A stretch of 64,000 nucleotides of DNA. It comes from an uncultured Candidatus Saccharibacteria bacterium (GTDB lineage: Bacteria; Patescibacteriota; Saccharimonadia; Saccharimonadales; JAGQNJ01). Shown piece by piece: positions 47,947 through 56,720 of the stretch. How positions within the stretch are numbered: position 1 is the first letter of the stretch; every line of letters begins with the position of its first letter. The stretch lies in contig CAZMFO010000002.1 of the NCBI GenBank assembly GCA_964565615.1, positions 16,824-80,823 on the forward strand, in the 5' to 3' direction. Under the pieces are notes generated by a model. It saw only the letters and a program-made list of their open reading frames with translations. It was not told the DNA's origin and made no database searches. Made by a program: the position numbers and the translations under genes.

Positions 47947-48519
47947 ATGGAAATAAAGGACGAAAGAAATAGAAAAATTCTAACTAATCCTGAATCATCT
48001 TGTCCGCCTGAAATCCTTAACCAACAGGTGGCTATTGAAGTTAAGTTTGTTGGGTTTGATGGTTCACCAGCAAGCGGAATTATTGAAGTTAATGAGTTGG
48101 TTGCTGATGAGGTTAAGGCATTTTTTGAACAAGCACTACGACTTAACTTCCCAATAGAAAAAGTTGCTCCTGCTAGTGAAAGCCCTTATGAATGGAATGA
48201 TGACGTACTTATGGAAGCGAATGTTTCTTCTGGCTTCAATTATCGCTCAATCGCAGGGACTGACACGCCTTCACTACACGGCAGGGGTTTTGCTTTTGAT
48301 ATAAATCCACGACAGAACCCATATATTCGTTATAAAGACGGGCAAGAAATTGTTGCTCCTACTAATTCAATATGGCAACCAGACCAGCCAGGGACTTTAT
48401 CAGCAGAACACCCTTTAGTGCAATTTATGGTTGAGCGTGGCTGGGAGTGGGGCGGAAGCTGGACGGCTGAAAGTGGCAGAATTGACTACCAACACTTTCA
48501 AAAGAATATAGGCGATTAA
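47947..48519 (+). CDS. peptidase M15 family (VanY/D-Ala-D-Ala carboxypeptidase or L-Ala-D-Glu peptidase-like)
   Basis: SLHGRGFAFDINP (H..G.A.D zinc-ligand motif) and GWEWGGSW...DYQHF (C-terminal His ligand). Confidence 0.65.
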   Translation: MEIKDERNRKILTNPESSCPPEILNQQVAIEVKFVGFDGSPASGIIEVNELVADEVKAFFEQALRLNFPIEKVAPASESPYEWNDDVLMEANVSSGFNYRSIAGTDTPSLHGRGFAFDINPRQNPYIRYKDGQEIVAPTNSIWQPDQPGTLSAEHPLVQFMVERGWEWGGSWTAESGRIDYQHFQKNIGD

Positions 48520-49539
48520 CTACTGCTTTTGGTAAGAGTGTGGCATTACAAGATATGCGTCCCGTGCGTCAGGCATTTTGCCGTGTGCGCCAGCGTGGTT
48601 GCTAGCGTGTCCTAACTCTAGGTCAGCGGGGTCAATCATATTTTCTTCGCTAAGCTGTTCAGGCTTAATACCGCTACGCATAATTTGATAGCGAACCATT
48701 TCACGATACTGCGGTTCCCATACATCATCAGGTCTGATTTCATCGCCAGGCTTCCAATCAGGATTGGAGGTATTTACCAGTAAGCCTTGGTCATACCAAC
48801 CAGGAAAGAGGTCTTCTGGGCCTTTGTCTTTGAAGGTGTGCTGGAAGTTTTCAGCCTTAATGGCAGCAATCAAATGGACCTTTACGCTATCAACATCACC
48901 TCCGTAATGTTCTAACGCTTCGTGCATAAAGTATTCAAAACAACCAGCAGGTTCGCCGTCTATTTCAAAGCCAAGTTTTGATTCACCTTGCAGGTTTGGT
49001 CGGGTTAAATGAACAAAACCTTGCACATCTTCACCATCATGGTCTTTGAACTCAATAGCTGCAAAACCACAATCTGCAAGTCGTGCGCCAAGTACTACTT
49101 TTTCGGACGCTTTAGCAAAAAACGCATTGTAGCCAGGTAATTCACGAATACCAACGGAGTTAGTCTTTACGTTATCACCGTAACTTTCTATCTGGTCATA
49201 AAAGCCTACACCGTCAGCCGTAACACCTACCATAAGTAAATCTTCGGCTTTGATATTCAAACGTTCTGTAATGTCCTTTATGTTTAAGTCTGAACAGAGC
49301 TTGTCGTTATTGCTAAAGCCTTCGGGTGCTTGGCAACCGTTTCCTGCACAGGCAGTACCGCCTAGGGCGCAAGTTCGGCGAAGAATATCACCTACGAGCA
49401 ACTCACGTTTTGGCACTTCACCAGGCGCAACTGGTTCACGCATACGAGTAATGTATGCGAGCGTATCTTCACCAACAGCAAAACTGTCAGCGTAAGGCTG
49501 GAACGAGGGTACATTTGCTTCGGCTACTAATTCTGACAT
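48520..49539 (-). CDS. hypothetical protein; weak YfiH/DUF152-like ADC...H pattern
   Basis: 339-aa ORF. LADCGFAAIEF...GFVHLTRPN resembles the ADC...HAGW region of YfiH-type enzymes; the rest is unrecognised. Confidence 0.3.
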   Translation of the reverse strand: MSELVAEANVPSFQPYADSFAVGEDTLAYITRMREPVAPGEVPKRELLVGDILRRTCALGGTACAGNGCQAPEGFSNNDKLCSDLNIKDITERLNIKAEDLLMVGVTADGVGFYDQIESYGDNVKTNSVGIRELPGYNAFFAKASEKVVLGARLADCGFAAIEFKDHDGEDVQGFVHLTRPNLQGESKLGFEIDGEPAGCFEYFMHEALEHYGGDVDSVKVHLIAAIKAENFQHTFKDKGPEDLFPGWYDQGLLVNTSNPDWKPGDEIRPDDVWEPQYREMVRYQIMRSGIKPEQLSEENMIDPADLELGHASNHAGAHGKMPDARDAYLVMPHSYQKQ

Positions 49540-49603
49540 ATCTGTTACATATTACCACTATAAGCGGTTTTTGTCAAACTCGTGTATGATCTGTAATCTA
49601 GCG

Positions 49604-49828
49604 AAGCCCCGTCCGCCTCTGCCATTTATGGCAAGCGAACCGCCAGAAAATCCAGCCTTTTCCATTAAAATTAAGGAATTGGCGGGGTAATCTAAATAGT
49701 TAAAGGGCGACTTTCTGGCGGGGCGCGTTCCGGCCTTAGCTGGAACAGGTGGTCGGGTCTGAACGGCCATTTTCGCAATCAGCTTTTCGTCATAAAATAG
49801 ATTCTAGCCTCGTTGCATAGGGAGACCA
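49604..49828 (+). repeat. B-type repeat arm (copy C') ending in the GACCA core
   Basis: See 47709-47928. Followed by a degenerate A-type arm (49829 to about 49950) that resembles 30456-30500. Confidence 0.8.
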
Positions 49829-50014
49829 TTCGAGATTTTATGGGTTTTGAAGTACATTTTTCGTGGCTTCCTCATCTGATAATCCACAATTTATTCGCAA
49901 CTACCCATAGGGGTAGTTTCTCACGAACGAGTAACTACACAGCAATTGCTGGCCTTAGGTAGGTTAGGGTTGATAGAATAGTCCATAGGTAGGTTCCTTT
50001 CTGTAATTATCTTT

Positions 50015-50031
50015 AGGAGGAACGTCCTCCT
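50015..50031. repeat. third copy of the AGGAGGA-NNN-TCCTCCT palindrome
   Basis: aggaggaACGtcctcct immediately 3' of the minus-strand operon that ends at 50035. Confidence 0.7.
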
Positions 50032-50034
50032 TTT

Positions 50035-50745
50035 TCATATCAATCTGTTCAATAAACCACCATAATTGTAAGGGGTAAATCCATCGTCTATAAAAATGGG
50101 ATAGGCCGGACTTTTCACCTGCATTTGCTTGGCAAGTTTTTGGTCAATCGGCTGGAACGCTTCAAGGCCTTTACTTGACAGTCCAAACTTTTTCTTGTCC
50201 TCAAGTGTCATACGATACACAAAACGGTATTTCTCCAGTTTTGGTGTAGCGCTAAACTTTTCAAGTTTAGCCAGAAGTGCAATACGGTCATACCAGAGTT
50301 CTGGATTATTCAGCCGACTATCTAAGCTAATTTCAACCGATAAGCAGTTATCTGCGTATTTATTGGTGCAGTCGTAGTCTGCAACAACCATCTTGTTTAG
50401 TCCAAGTATCCACGCAATGTCATAAAGGTTTCTATTAGCAGTATCGCCAACAAATCCACAGTCGTTGTCTGGGCAGTATGTATTGTGAAAGTCCAACACT
50501 ACATCGTACTTTTTTGTCTTTTTAAGTATTTGAGCAGCTCGCTTTACCTCATACTCTTGGCTTTTAATGTTGCCAGGAAACGAACGATTTAGATCATGCT
50601 TCACAAAGCGCCAATTACCAGCAATAGCCTGTTCGTTGGCAAACAATGCGTCTACGCTGTCTAAGGGGTTAGCACGAAGTAGCTTAACAACTTCTAGTCC
50701 AAGTGGTTCATTGCCGTGCATACCACCTATTACTAGTACTCTCAT
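50035..50745 (-). CDS. succinylglutamate desuccinylase/aspartoacylase (AstE/AspA, M14-like) family zinc hydrolase
   Basis: MRVLVIGGMHGNEPLG and HDLNRSFPG motifs. Confidence 0.65.
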   Translation of the reverse strand: MRVLVIGGMHGNEPLGLEVVKLLRANPLDSVDALFANEQAIAGNWRFVKHDLNRSFPGNIKSQEYEVKRAAQILKKTKKYDVVLDFHNTYCPDNDCGFVGDTANRNLYDIAWILGLNKMVVADYDCTNKYADNCLSVEISLDSRLNNPELWYDRIALLAKLEKFSATPKLEKYRFVYRMTLEDKKKFGLSSKGLEAFQPIDQKLAKQMQVKSPAYPIFIDDGFTPYNYGGLLNRLI

Positions 50746-51446
50746 CTCTTGTACTCCTGTTCTATGTTTATTATTATGAAGTCTCGTCTGTCTGGTACGA
50801 TGCTCGCCGTCTCTACGCTACCAACCATTGAGCGGTCTCGTTGTCCTGCAAAAATTCGTACATTGCATGGGAAATCCCGCCGAGCCGCGCCAACCATTTG
50901 CGGGCTAATCGTTCTATAGGCAACAGTTTCTGCATCGAGCTGCATAGCGAGCCCTTTTACAAATAAACCGAAGTTTTGCAAATTGCCACTTTGTTTCAAA
51001 GCCTTATTTGCAAAAACTTCATCAAGCCACATTATTTCATTGTTACCCAAAGTTGTATTAAGCCAATCAGACATCTCTGGCACATCAGAGTATTTTTCCT
51101 TTGCAATGATAGAGGGGGTTGCTCGCCAAGCCACTGCTGCCATAGTCAAGTATTCTCCGTTTTGCTCGGCGTACCACGCAGTTGGACGCGAAGCCGCAAC
51201 TGTATCAAAGCGTCCTATCAGTTCGTCCGTTTCATAGGCGGGACGAGATGGACACATTTCACACATTGTACATATTGAGCCGATTGCTACGGCTGATAAT
51301 CCACCTACGCAGCGTTGTCGCTCATCGGCACATTTACTTACTTCGTACCATGGCTCGTCAGCAAAAGCTGCTTGATAAGCTGGTACAATCTCGCCATATA
51401 AAGGTTTTACTTTGTCTGGCGTATAAAAATTCTTTTGTTCACTCAT
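50742..51446 (-). CDS. hypothetical protein (Cys-rich CTMCEMC segment)
   Basis: 234-aa ORF translationally coupled (ATGA) to the downstream gene; no confident domain. Confidence 0.35.
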   Translation of the reverse strand: MSEQKNFYTPDKVKPLYGEIVPAYQAAFADEPWYEVSKCADERQRCVGGLSAVAIGSICTMCEMCPSRPAYETDELIGRFDTVAASRPTAWYAEQNGEYLTMAAVAWRATPSIIAKEKYSDVPEMSDWLNTTLGNNEIMWLDEVFANKALKQSGNLQNFGLFVKGLAMQLDAETVAYRTISPQMVGAARRDFPCNVRIFAGQRDRSMVGSVETASIVPDRRDFIIINIEQEYKR

Positions 51447-51534
51447 TATCTAATTCCTTTAACAATTTACTTAGTAGATAATCTAAAAACGCCAGCCTCA
51501 AGTGCTGGCGTTTACTTTTTACAAAAGTAATTAT

Positions 51535-51867
51535 TTACACAGCACGGGCTGGCGGAATATGTGAGTGGTGTGTATCTACAACTTTTAGTGCTGCCTGATA
51601 GCCGTTACAACCGTTTTGCAACCAATTGCTAATCCGAGCAACAGTACGGCTACTTAGCTTAGTTTTAGCAACAATGTCAGTATATTTTTTACCAGCTTGC
51701 AACATTTTGGCGGCTTCAAACCGTGCGCTGATTTCGGCGATTTCTTTCTTGGTCATAACATCACGCAAGAAGTCCTGCATTGTTTGCTGGTTATCAATAG
51801 CGGTCAACGCCCCAGCGAGCTGCTGTGCGGTTTCAGATTGCCAAATTGTAGTCTTATCTGCAGACAT
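51535..51867 (-). CDS. TrpR-related YerC/YecD-family DNA-binding protein
   Basis: FLRDVMTKKEIAEISARFEAAKMLQAGKKYTDIVAKTKLSSRTVARISNWLQNG matches the YerC/YecD TrpR-like pattern. Confidence 0.7.
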   Translation of the reverse strand: MSADKTTIWQSETAQQLAGALTAIDNQQTMQDFLRDVMTKKEIAEISARFEAAKMLQAGKKYTDIVAKTKLSSRTVARISNWLQNGCNGYQAALKVVDTHHSHIPPARAV

Positions 51868-51940
51868 AGTATTAGTTTACCAAAGTAAAGCATACTTGTC
51901 AATAATGATTTTATATTTCAATATAATCTTTCTGTATTAC

Positions 51941-52207
51941 CGACCGCCAGGCCGTTTCTGCCCTTTTGGGCAGGCGACCCGACTGACTTGATTTTTTCTC
52001 AACTGAAAAAAGAAATTTGGTTGGGGTAAAAATCAAGAAATTGTAAAAATCAGGGCTGGCGGAGCGGGTCAGCCTTTTCACCCCACAAAATTCGCTGCGC
52101 TGGATTATTGAGGGGACCCCGATTTGGCTGGAAACAGTAGGGCTTGGTTTCTCGTTTTCAGCTATTTGCCATAAAATAGGTTCTAGTCTCGTTGTAGAGG
52201 CAAATCA
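51941..52207 (+). repeat. B-type repeat arm (copy D), diverged
   Basis: Shares gccgtttctgcc-hairpin, cgacccgac, ttctcaact.aaaaaagaaatt, cagggctggcgg.gcggg and ccataaaataggttctag.ctcgttgtagagg with 35372-35621 and 49604-49823. Confidence 0.7.
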
Positions 52208-52408
52208 GCATACTTAAGATGGATCGATTGTTGCTCGTTGTTTAAGATGGTGATCTTATTTTTGCTTTGATAAAATAGTTAAATTTTGGTGGGTTTGAAA
52301 CAGGGTAGGGATCTGTATATTTACTGGTTTAACTGGTTGCATAAGGAGTATAGTTGAGATATTATGCTATGTTATAAGTTTAACTACCATAAAACTTAAT
52401 CATAAACA

Positions 52409-53197
52409 ATGACTGATAGTAACAAGCAACATATATACGAAAAAGCAATTACTACCGATAGGCCTGCCGAATTGCTGGCTCGTAAGCATGGATATGATAG
52501 CATCGTCCAGCTTGCAGAAAAGCTCCCAGAGGGCGCAAGAGTACTTGATGTCGGTGCAGGTGCTTCGCCTTTTGGCAAGGAAGTTGCAAAATTACGGCCT
52601 GATATAAGTTGGGTTAATTTCGATTTTAGCTATCAAGATGTAGATATTCTAAAAGAGGCAGAACAGGGTGCGCCAGATAATGTAGAGTGTATTTTTGGAG
52701 ATGCTACTAGACTAGATGAGGTATTCGGGGTAGAGAGTTTTGATGTCGTTTTTTCTTATTGGTTAATGCCACACCTATCATTGGACAGTGTTGAACCTGC
52801 TGAACGAGTAGCAGAGGCTATGGTCATAGTCACAAAACCGGGTGGTCAGATATCAGTAGGTCCAATTGTTGGCAAAAATCATTTTTTGTCAATAAAATCT
52901 GGCAACTCTCTAAGAATCGATAAAGATGAGGATGAAAGCACAGAATCCTATGTAAGAGAGATTGTTGATGCAACAAAACTTTCTGGGCTATCGCGTACTG
53001 TACAAATAAATGCCAACGAAGTTGCAACGCCGTTTTTTGGTACAACTAGATACGGAAAGCGTGAGGGAAAAGTTCCCAAAATATTTGACCCAAAAACTGG
53101 CGAATATGTTTCTGCCATTTCTGGCCAGGGTATTCATACCCTGGGTCGTTTAGCAGTAGCTTTGGCCAAACATTCAACTAAAAGACAAAGAGTATAA
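52409..53197 (+). CDS. class I SAM-dependent methyltransferase
   Basis: VLDVGAGASPFG motif I, FDVVFSYWLMPH. Confidence 0.65.
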   Translation: MTDSNKQHIYEKAITTDRPAELLARKHGYDSIVQLAEKLPEGARVLDVGAGASPFGKEVAKLRPDISWVNFDFSYQDVDILKEAEQGAPDNVECIFGDATRLDEVFGVESFDVVFSYWLMPHLSLDSVEPAERVAEAMVIVTKPGGQISVGPIVGKNHFLSIKSGNSLRIDKDEDESTESYVREIVDATKLSGLSRTVQINANEVATPFFGTTRYGKREGKVPKIFDPKTGEYVSAISGQGIHTLGRLAVALAKHSTKRQRV

Positions 53198-53242
53198 GTT
53201 ACATCAAAATAACAGAGTTGTAGATTGGGTATTATATAATTG

Positions 53243-54265
53243 TCAGATGATTAACATAGAGTCGCCATAGCTCAAAAACCTATAATTGTTATCAATAGCT
53301 ACTTGGTAGGTATGCTGTAGGTTCTCCCATCCTGCGAAGGCTGACGCCATCATAAGAACAGTTGACTTCGGTGCATGAAAATTAGTAAGCATTGCGTCTA
53401 CAACCTTAAATTTGTATCCGGGGTATATAAAGATATCTGCCTCTCCGGAATAATCTTTTTCTTTCGGAGCCTCCGTTTTATACAAGTATTCTAATGTTCT
53501 AGTTACGGTTGTGCCAACAGCAAAAATGCGGTTGCCACGAGTTTTTGCCTTGTTAATCAATTTAATTGTTTTAGCAGGGACTTCAAAGTACTCACTGTGC
53601 ATTTTGTGCTGTTCTATTACCTCTGTTCTGATAGGCAAAAATGTACCTAAACCGACATGTAATGTTATAAATGAGACAACACCGCCTTTGTCTTGAATTT
53701 GTTTAATTAGTTGACTTGTAAAGTTGAGTGAGGCTGTTGGTGCAGCGACTGATCCGAGTGAACTAGCAAATTCGGTTTGATACCTAGAAATGTCTTCTTC
53801 AGTTGATTGTCTGTGCATATAAGGAGGCAAAGGAACGACGCCATATTTACTACATACTTTTAGTAGGTCGTCTGTAGAGCTTATTTCTGCCATCCCATCA
53901 TCTAGTATCTGTTTAATGAGTATCTCGTGACTCTTTATCTTATACACCTCTCCAATGGTGATTTTTCCACGATACAGGACTTTCCACTCATGGTGGTTGA
54001 GTTTTTTGGTGTGTCGCTCAAGGAGTAGGAACTCTCGTGTCTTTGCCTTATTATGGGCGAGGAGACGAGCCTTAATCACTTTTGTATCATTTAATACAAC
54101 AACATCACCTGATGATATGTATTCCGAGAAGTTGCTATACTTATCGTGCTTAATAGATCTAGTTTGTTTATTAAAGACTAGCAATTGGCTATTTCCTCGT
54201 TCTTTGGGAGGGAATAAAGCTATTTTTGATTCAGGGAGTTTGTATGAAAAATCGTTGATATGCAT
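53243..54265 (-). CDS. queA: S-adenosylmethionine:tRNA ribosyltransferase-isomerase
   Basis: DFSYKLPESKIALFP, GDVVVLNDTKV, PLPPYM, VAAPTASLNFT, VGTTVTRTLE, RFLSYGDSMLI. Confidence 0.9.
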   Translation of the reverse strand: MHINDFSYKLPESKIALFPPKERGNSQLLVFNKQTRSIKHDKYSNFSEYISSGDVVVLNDTKVIKARLLAHNKAKTREFLLLERHTKKLNHHEWKVLYRGKITIGEVYKIKSHEILIKQILDDGMAEISSTDDLLKVCSKYGVVPLPPYMHRQSTEEDISRYQTEFASSLGSVAAPTASLNFTSQLIKQIQDKGGVVSFITLHVGLGTFLPIRTEVIEQHKMHSEYFEVPAKTIKLINKAKTRGNRIFAVGTTVTRTLEYLYKTEAPKEKDYSGEADIFIYPGYKFKVVDAMLTNFHAPKSTVLMMASAFAGWENLQHTYQVAIDNNYRFLSYGDSMLII

Positions 54266-54295
54266 AATGTATATTCTAGGGTAGAATAAGGAGTA

Positions 54296-55099
54296 ATGAA
54301 AAGACTAAAGTTTAATCATATAGAAGCAGAGAACATAAAAAAGGGTGTTCAGACTGCCACCTTGCGTATTGACGATGAAAAGTCAATATCTGTGAATGAC
54401 CTGATTGAAGTTATAGATAAGGTAAAAGAAGACGAACCATCCTCTTGGGAAGTGATTGGCGTTGCTAGAGTTGATAAGGTAACGGTTCAACGCATAGGAG
54501 ATTTAGATATAGAGGAAGGCAATTTTGAGAAATTTGGATCAACAACAGAGCTATATGAGCAGATGGCTCTTTTTTATGGTGACTATATCACTGATGAGAC
54601 ATTGGTTAAAGTGGTCGAGTTTTCTTTTAATCCAACTAAAAGGGCGCAAAATAAAAAAAATGCTGATGAAATAAAAACAACAGAAGTAGTCGAAATACAG
54701 CTTTTTGGAGATGGCGGCTCCAGAGGTAATCCGGGACCATCAGCAAGCGGGTATGTACTGATTGGGATGGACGGTAGAGTTATTGAAACTAACGGAGAGT
54801 ACTTAAATATAGCAACCAACAATCAAGCAGAATACCACTCTTTACGCTTGGGCTTGGAGCGAGCTCGTCAACTTGGAGTAGAGATTGTGCATGTGTATAT
54901 GGACAGTATGCTAGTAATTAATCAGATGAAGGGTGTCTTTAAGGTAAAGAATAAAGAGTTGTTGACTGTTTATCTGATTGTAAAAAGAATGTCGCGTGAT
55001 TTTAAAAGCATTGATTTTACACATATTCCGAGGGAGCTAAATAAGTTAGCTGACGCAGAGGTTAACAGGATACTGGATGCTAACCAAGATATGGTATAA
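54296..55099 (+). CDS. ASCH-domain / RNase H fusion protein
   Basis: N-terminal ASCH-like region (KKGVQTATLRI...); C-terminal RNase HI-like region (FGDGGSRGNPGPSASGYVL, NNQAEYHSL, YMDSMLVINQ, NKLADAEVN). Confidence 0.7.
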   Translation: MKRLKFNHIEAENIKKGVQTATLRIDDEKSISVNDLIEVIDKVKEDEPSSWEVIGVARVDKVTVQRIGDLDIEEGNFEKFGSTTELYEQMALFYGDYITDETLVKVVEFSFNPTKRAQNKKNADEIKTTEVVEIQLFGDGGSRGNPGPSASGYVLIGMDGRVIETNGEYLNIATNNQAEYHSLRLGLERARQLGVEIVHVYMDSMLVINQMKGVFKVKNKELLTVYLIVKRMSRDFKSIDFTHIPRELNKLADAEVNRILDANQDMV

Positions 55100-55104
55100 T
55101 AATG

Positions 55105-55533
55105 TTTGCCAGGTTATCGGTTAGTCGCTCTGCACCCACAATTTACTTAAATGAGTAAAATATTGAGTTGTTGTGGGTGCAGAGAGGAAAGTCCGGGCAA
55201 CTTAGGGAAGGGCAGTTGCTAACAGCAACCAGAGGTAACTCTAGGGAAAGTGCCACAGAAACTAAACTGTCTCGTACCCTCTGTAGATGAATAGTATAGT
55301 CTATAGAAGGTACGAGGCAAAGGTGAAAAGAGCGAGGTAAGAGCTCGCAGTTAATTATGGTGACATAATTAAGGGGTAAACCCTGTCCGTTGCAAGGTAG
55401 TGTATTATTTGTGCTTTTGCACAATAGTGTCCCGCTAAATATACGATTTAATCCGCTCGATCTAGGAGGCAACTTCTAGACTAGATAGATGACTAGCTAT
55501 TACAGAACCCGGCTTATAGATAGGCTGGCAAAC
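55105..55533 (+). ncRNA. rnpB: RNase P RNA (bacterial type A)
   Basis: Conserved gaggaaagtccgggc (55183-55197), ggtaagagc, acagaacccggcttat near the 3' end, and P1 pairing tgccag/ctggca. Confidence 0.85.
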
Positions 55534-55536
55534 AAT

Positions 55537-55572
55537 AAACCCACAACTTTAAGAGATGTGGGTTTATTGTTT
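55537..55572. terminator. bidirectional terminator between rnpB and rplT
   Basis: aaacccaca...tgtgggttt stem flanked by T-rich runs on both strands. Confidence 0.55.
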
Positions 55573-55594
55573 TGAGGCGGACTACTTATTTGAT

Positions 55595-55942
55595 CTATTT
55601 CTTGATTGTTGAAGAGACAATATCTTTAAAGGCAGAAGGTTCGTTAACGGCGAGTTCTGCCAGTATCTTTCGATCTAAAACGATGTTTGATGCTTTTAAG
55701 TTAGCAATAAGTTTACTGTAGGTTGTTCCGTTGAGGCGGGCGCCGGCATTAATTCGGGTGTTCCATAGTTGCCTAAATGTACGCTTGCGATTCTTGCGAT
55801 CCCTCGTGGCGTTTTGCAATGATCGAACAATCGCTTGCTTGCCTCGTTTAATGCTGACCCTGTTACCATGCGTCATACCTCGCGTTAATTTGCGAATCTT
55901 ATTATGTTTTTGTCTGGTTGTTACTCCTCTTTTTACTCTCAT
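55595..55942 (-). CDS. rplT: 50S ribosomal protein bL20
   Basis: MRVKRGVTTRQKHNKI...RDRKNRKRTFRQLWNTRINA. Confidence 0.9.
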   Translation of the reverse strand: MRVKRGVTTRQKHNKIRKLTRGMTHGNRVSIKRGKQAIVRSLQNATRDRKNRKRTFRQLWNTRINAGARLNGTTYSKLIANLKASNIVLDRKILAELAVNEPSAFKDIVSSTIKK

Positions 55943-55943
55943 A

Positions 55944-56138
55944 TTAGACTCCTAAATTCTTCTTTATTGATTTTACAGATCTCCCACTAGCTATCTGGGG
56001 CACCGCAAAAGTTCTTTTTCGTGAAGCTCCTTTTTTGGATAGGTTGTGACCCTTAAAAGAGTGTCCATGGATGACCTTACCCGTTTTGGATATCTTAAAA
56101 CGATCTTTTGTACCGCTATGCGTCTTTAATTTTGGCAT
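55944..56138 (-). CDS. rpmI: 50S ribosomal protein bL35
   Basis: MPKLKTHSGTKDRFKISKTGKV... Confidence 0.85.
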   Translation of the reverse strand: MPKLKTHSGTKDRFKISKTGKVIHGHSFKGHNLSKKGASRKRTFAVPQIASGRSVKSIKKNLGV

Positions 56139-56646
56139 TGGTATTACTCCTTATTGTAAATATTAATTGTTTGCCACTAAATTGAGGTTGTTGATCAACG
56201 ATTATTTTATCTCCGAACTCTGTTATTATCTTATCGGCTAATTTAAATCCAATATCTTTGTGTGCAAGCTCGCGACCGCGATAGAATATAACAAATTTGA
56301 CTTTATGTCCTTCATTAAGGAAGGCATTGACTTTCTTGAACTTGACATCTAGGTCGTGTTGTCCTATCTTTAGGCTTAATCTGATCTGCTTTACATCAAC
56401 AGCCTTCGTGTTGCGTTTATTCTTTAATAGTTGCTTGGTTCTTTGATAATTGTACTTTCCCCAGTCAATAATTTTCGCAACAGGCGGATTAGCATTTGGT
56501 GATACCTCTACAAGATCCAGTCCTTCGTCTCTTGCAGTTCTTAGAGCCTCTATCCGACTCATGACGCCAAGTTGTTTGCCATCTTCGGTGATTACCCGAA
56601 GTTGGGGTGCCCGAATCGACTCATTCAGGCGGGTGTCTTTGCTAAT
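56116..56646 (-). CDS. infC: translation initiation factor IF-3, initiating at ATT
   Basis: The frame stays open upstream of the first ATG (…ISKDTRLNESIRAPQLRVITEDGKQLGVMSRIEAL…). The ATT codon at the complement of 56644-56646 is preceded by ggag; the infC-rpmI-rplT order is conserved. Confidence 0.8.
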   Translation of the reverse strand: MSKDTRLNESIRAPQLRVITEDGKQLGVMSRIEALRTARDEGLDLVEVSPNANPPVAKIIDWGKYNYQRTKQLLKNKRNTKAVDVKQIRLSLKIGQHDLDVKFKKVNAFLNEGHKVKFVIFYRGRELAHKDIGFKLADKIITEFGDKIIVDQQPQFSGKQLIFTIRSNTNAKIKDA

Positions 56647-56720
56647 ATTTAAACTCCTTCACTAACATTAATAACTTCTTAGGATTTTATCAGATATCAA
56701 AACAGGGGTCAAGCTTTTGC

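Larger units (their letters stand above)
47586..52207. mobile_element. recombinase-less mosaic island built from diverged copies of the 30456-35626 element's repeat family
   Basis: Repeat copies lie at 47586-47928, 49604-49865 and 51941-52207. The GACCA core is shared with the tRNA-Pro 3' end. G+C is higher than the flanks (hand counts of single lines about 48-50% vs 30-37%). Confidence 0.55.

Noticed and set aside
55143-55472. 109-aa minus-strand ORF
   Set aside because: It lies entirely within the RNase P RNA gene.
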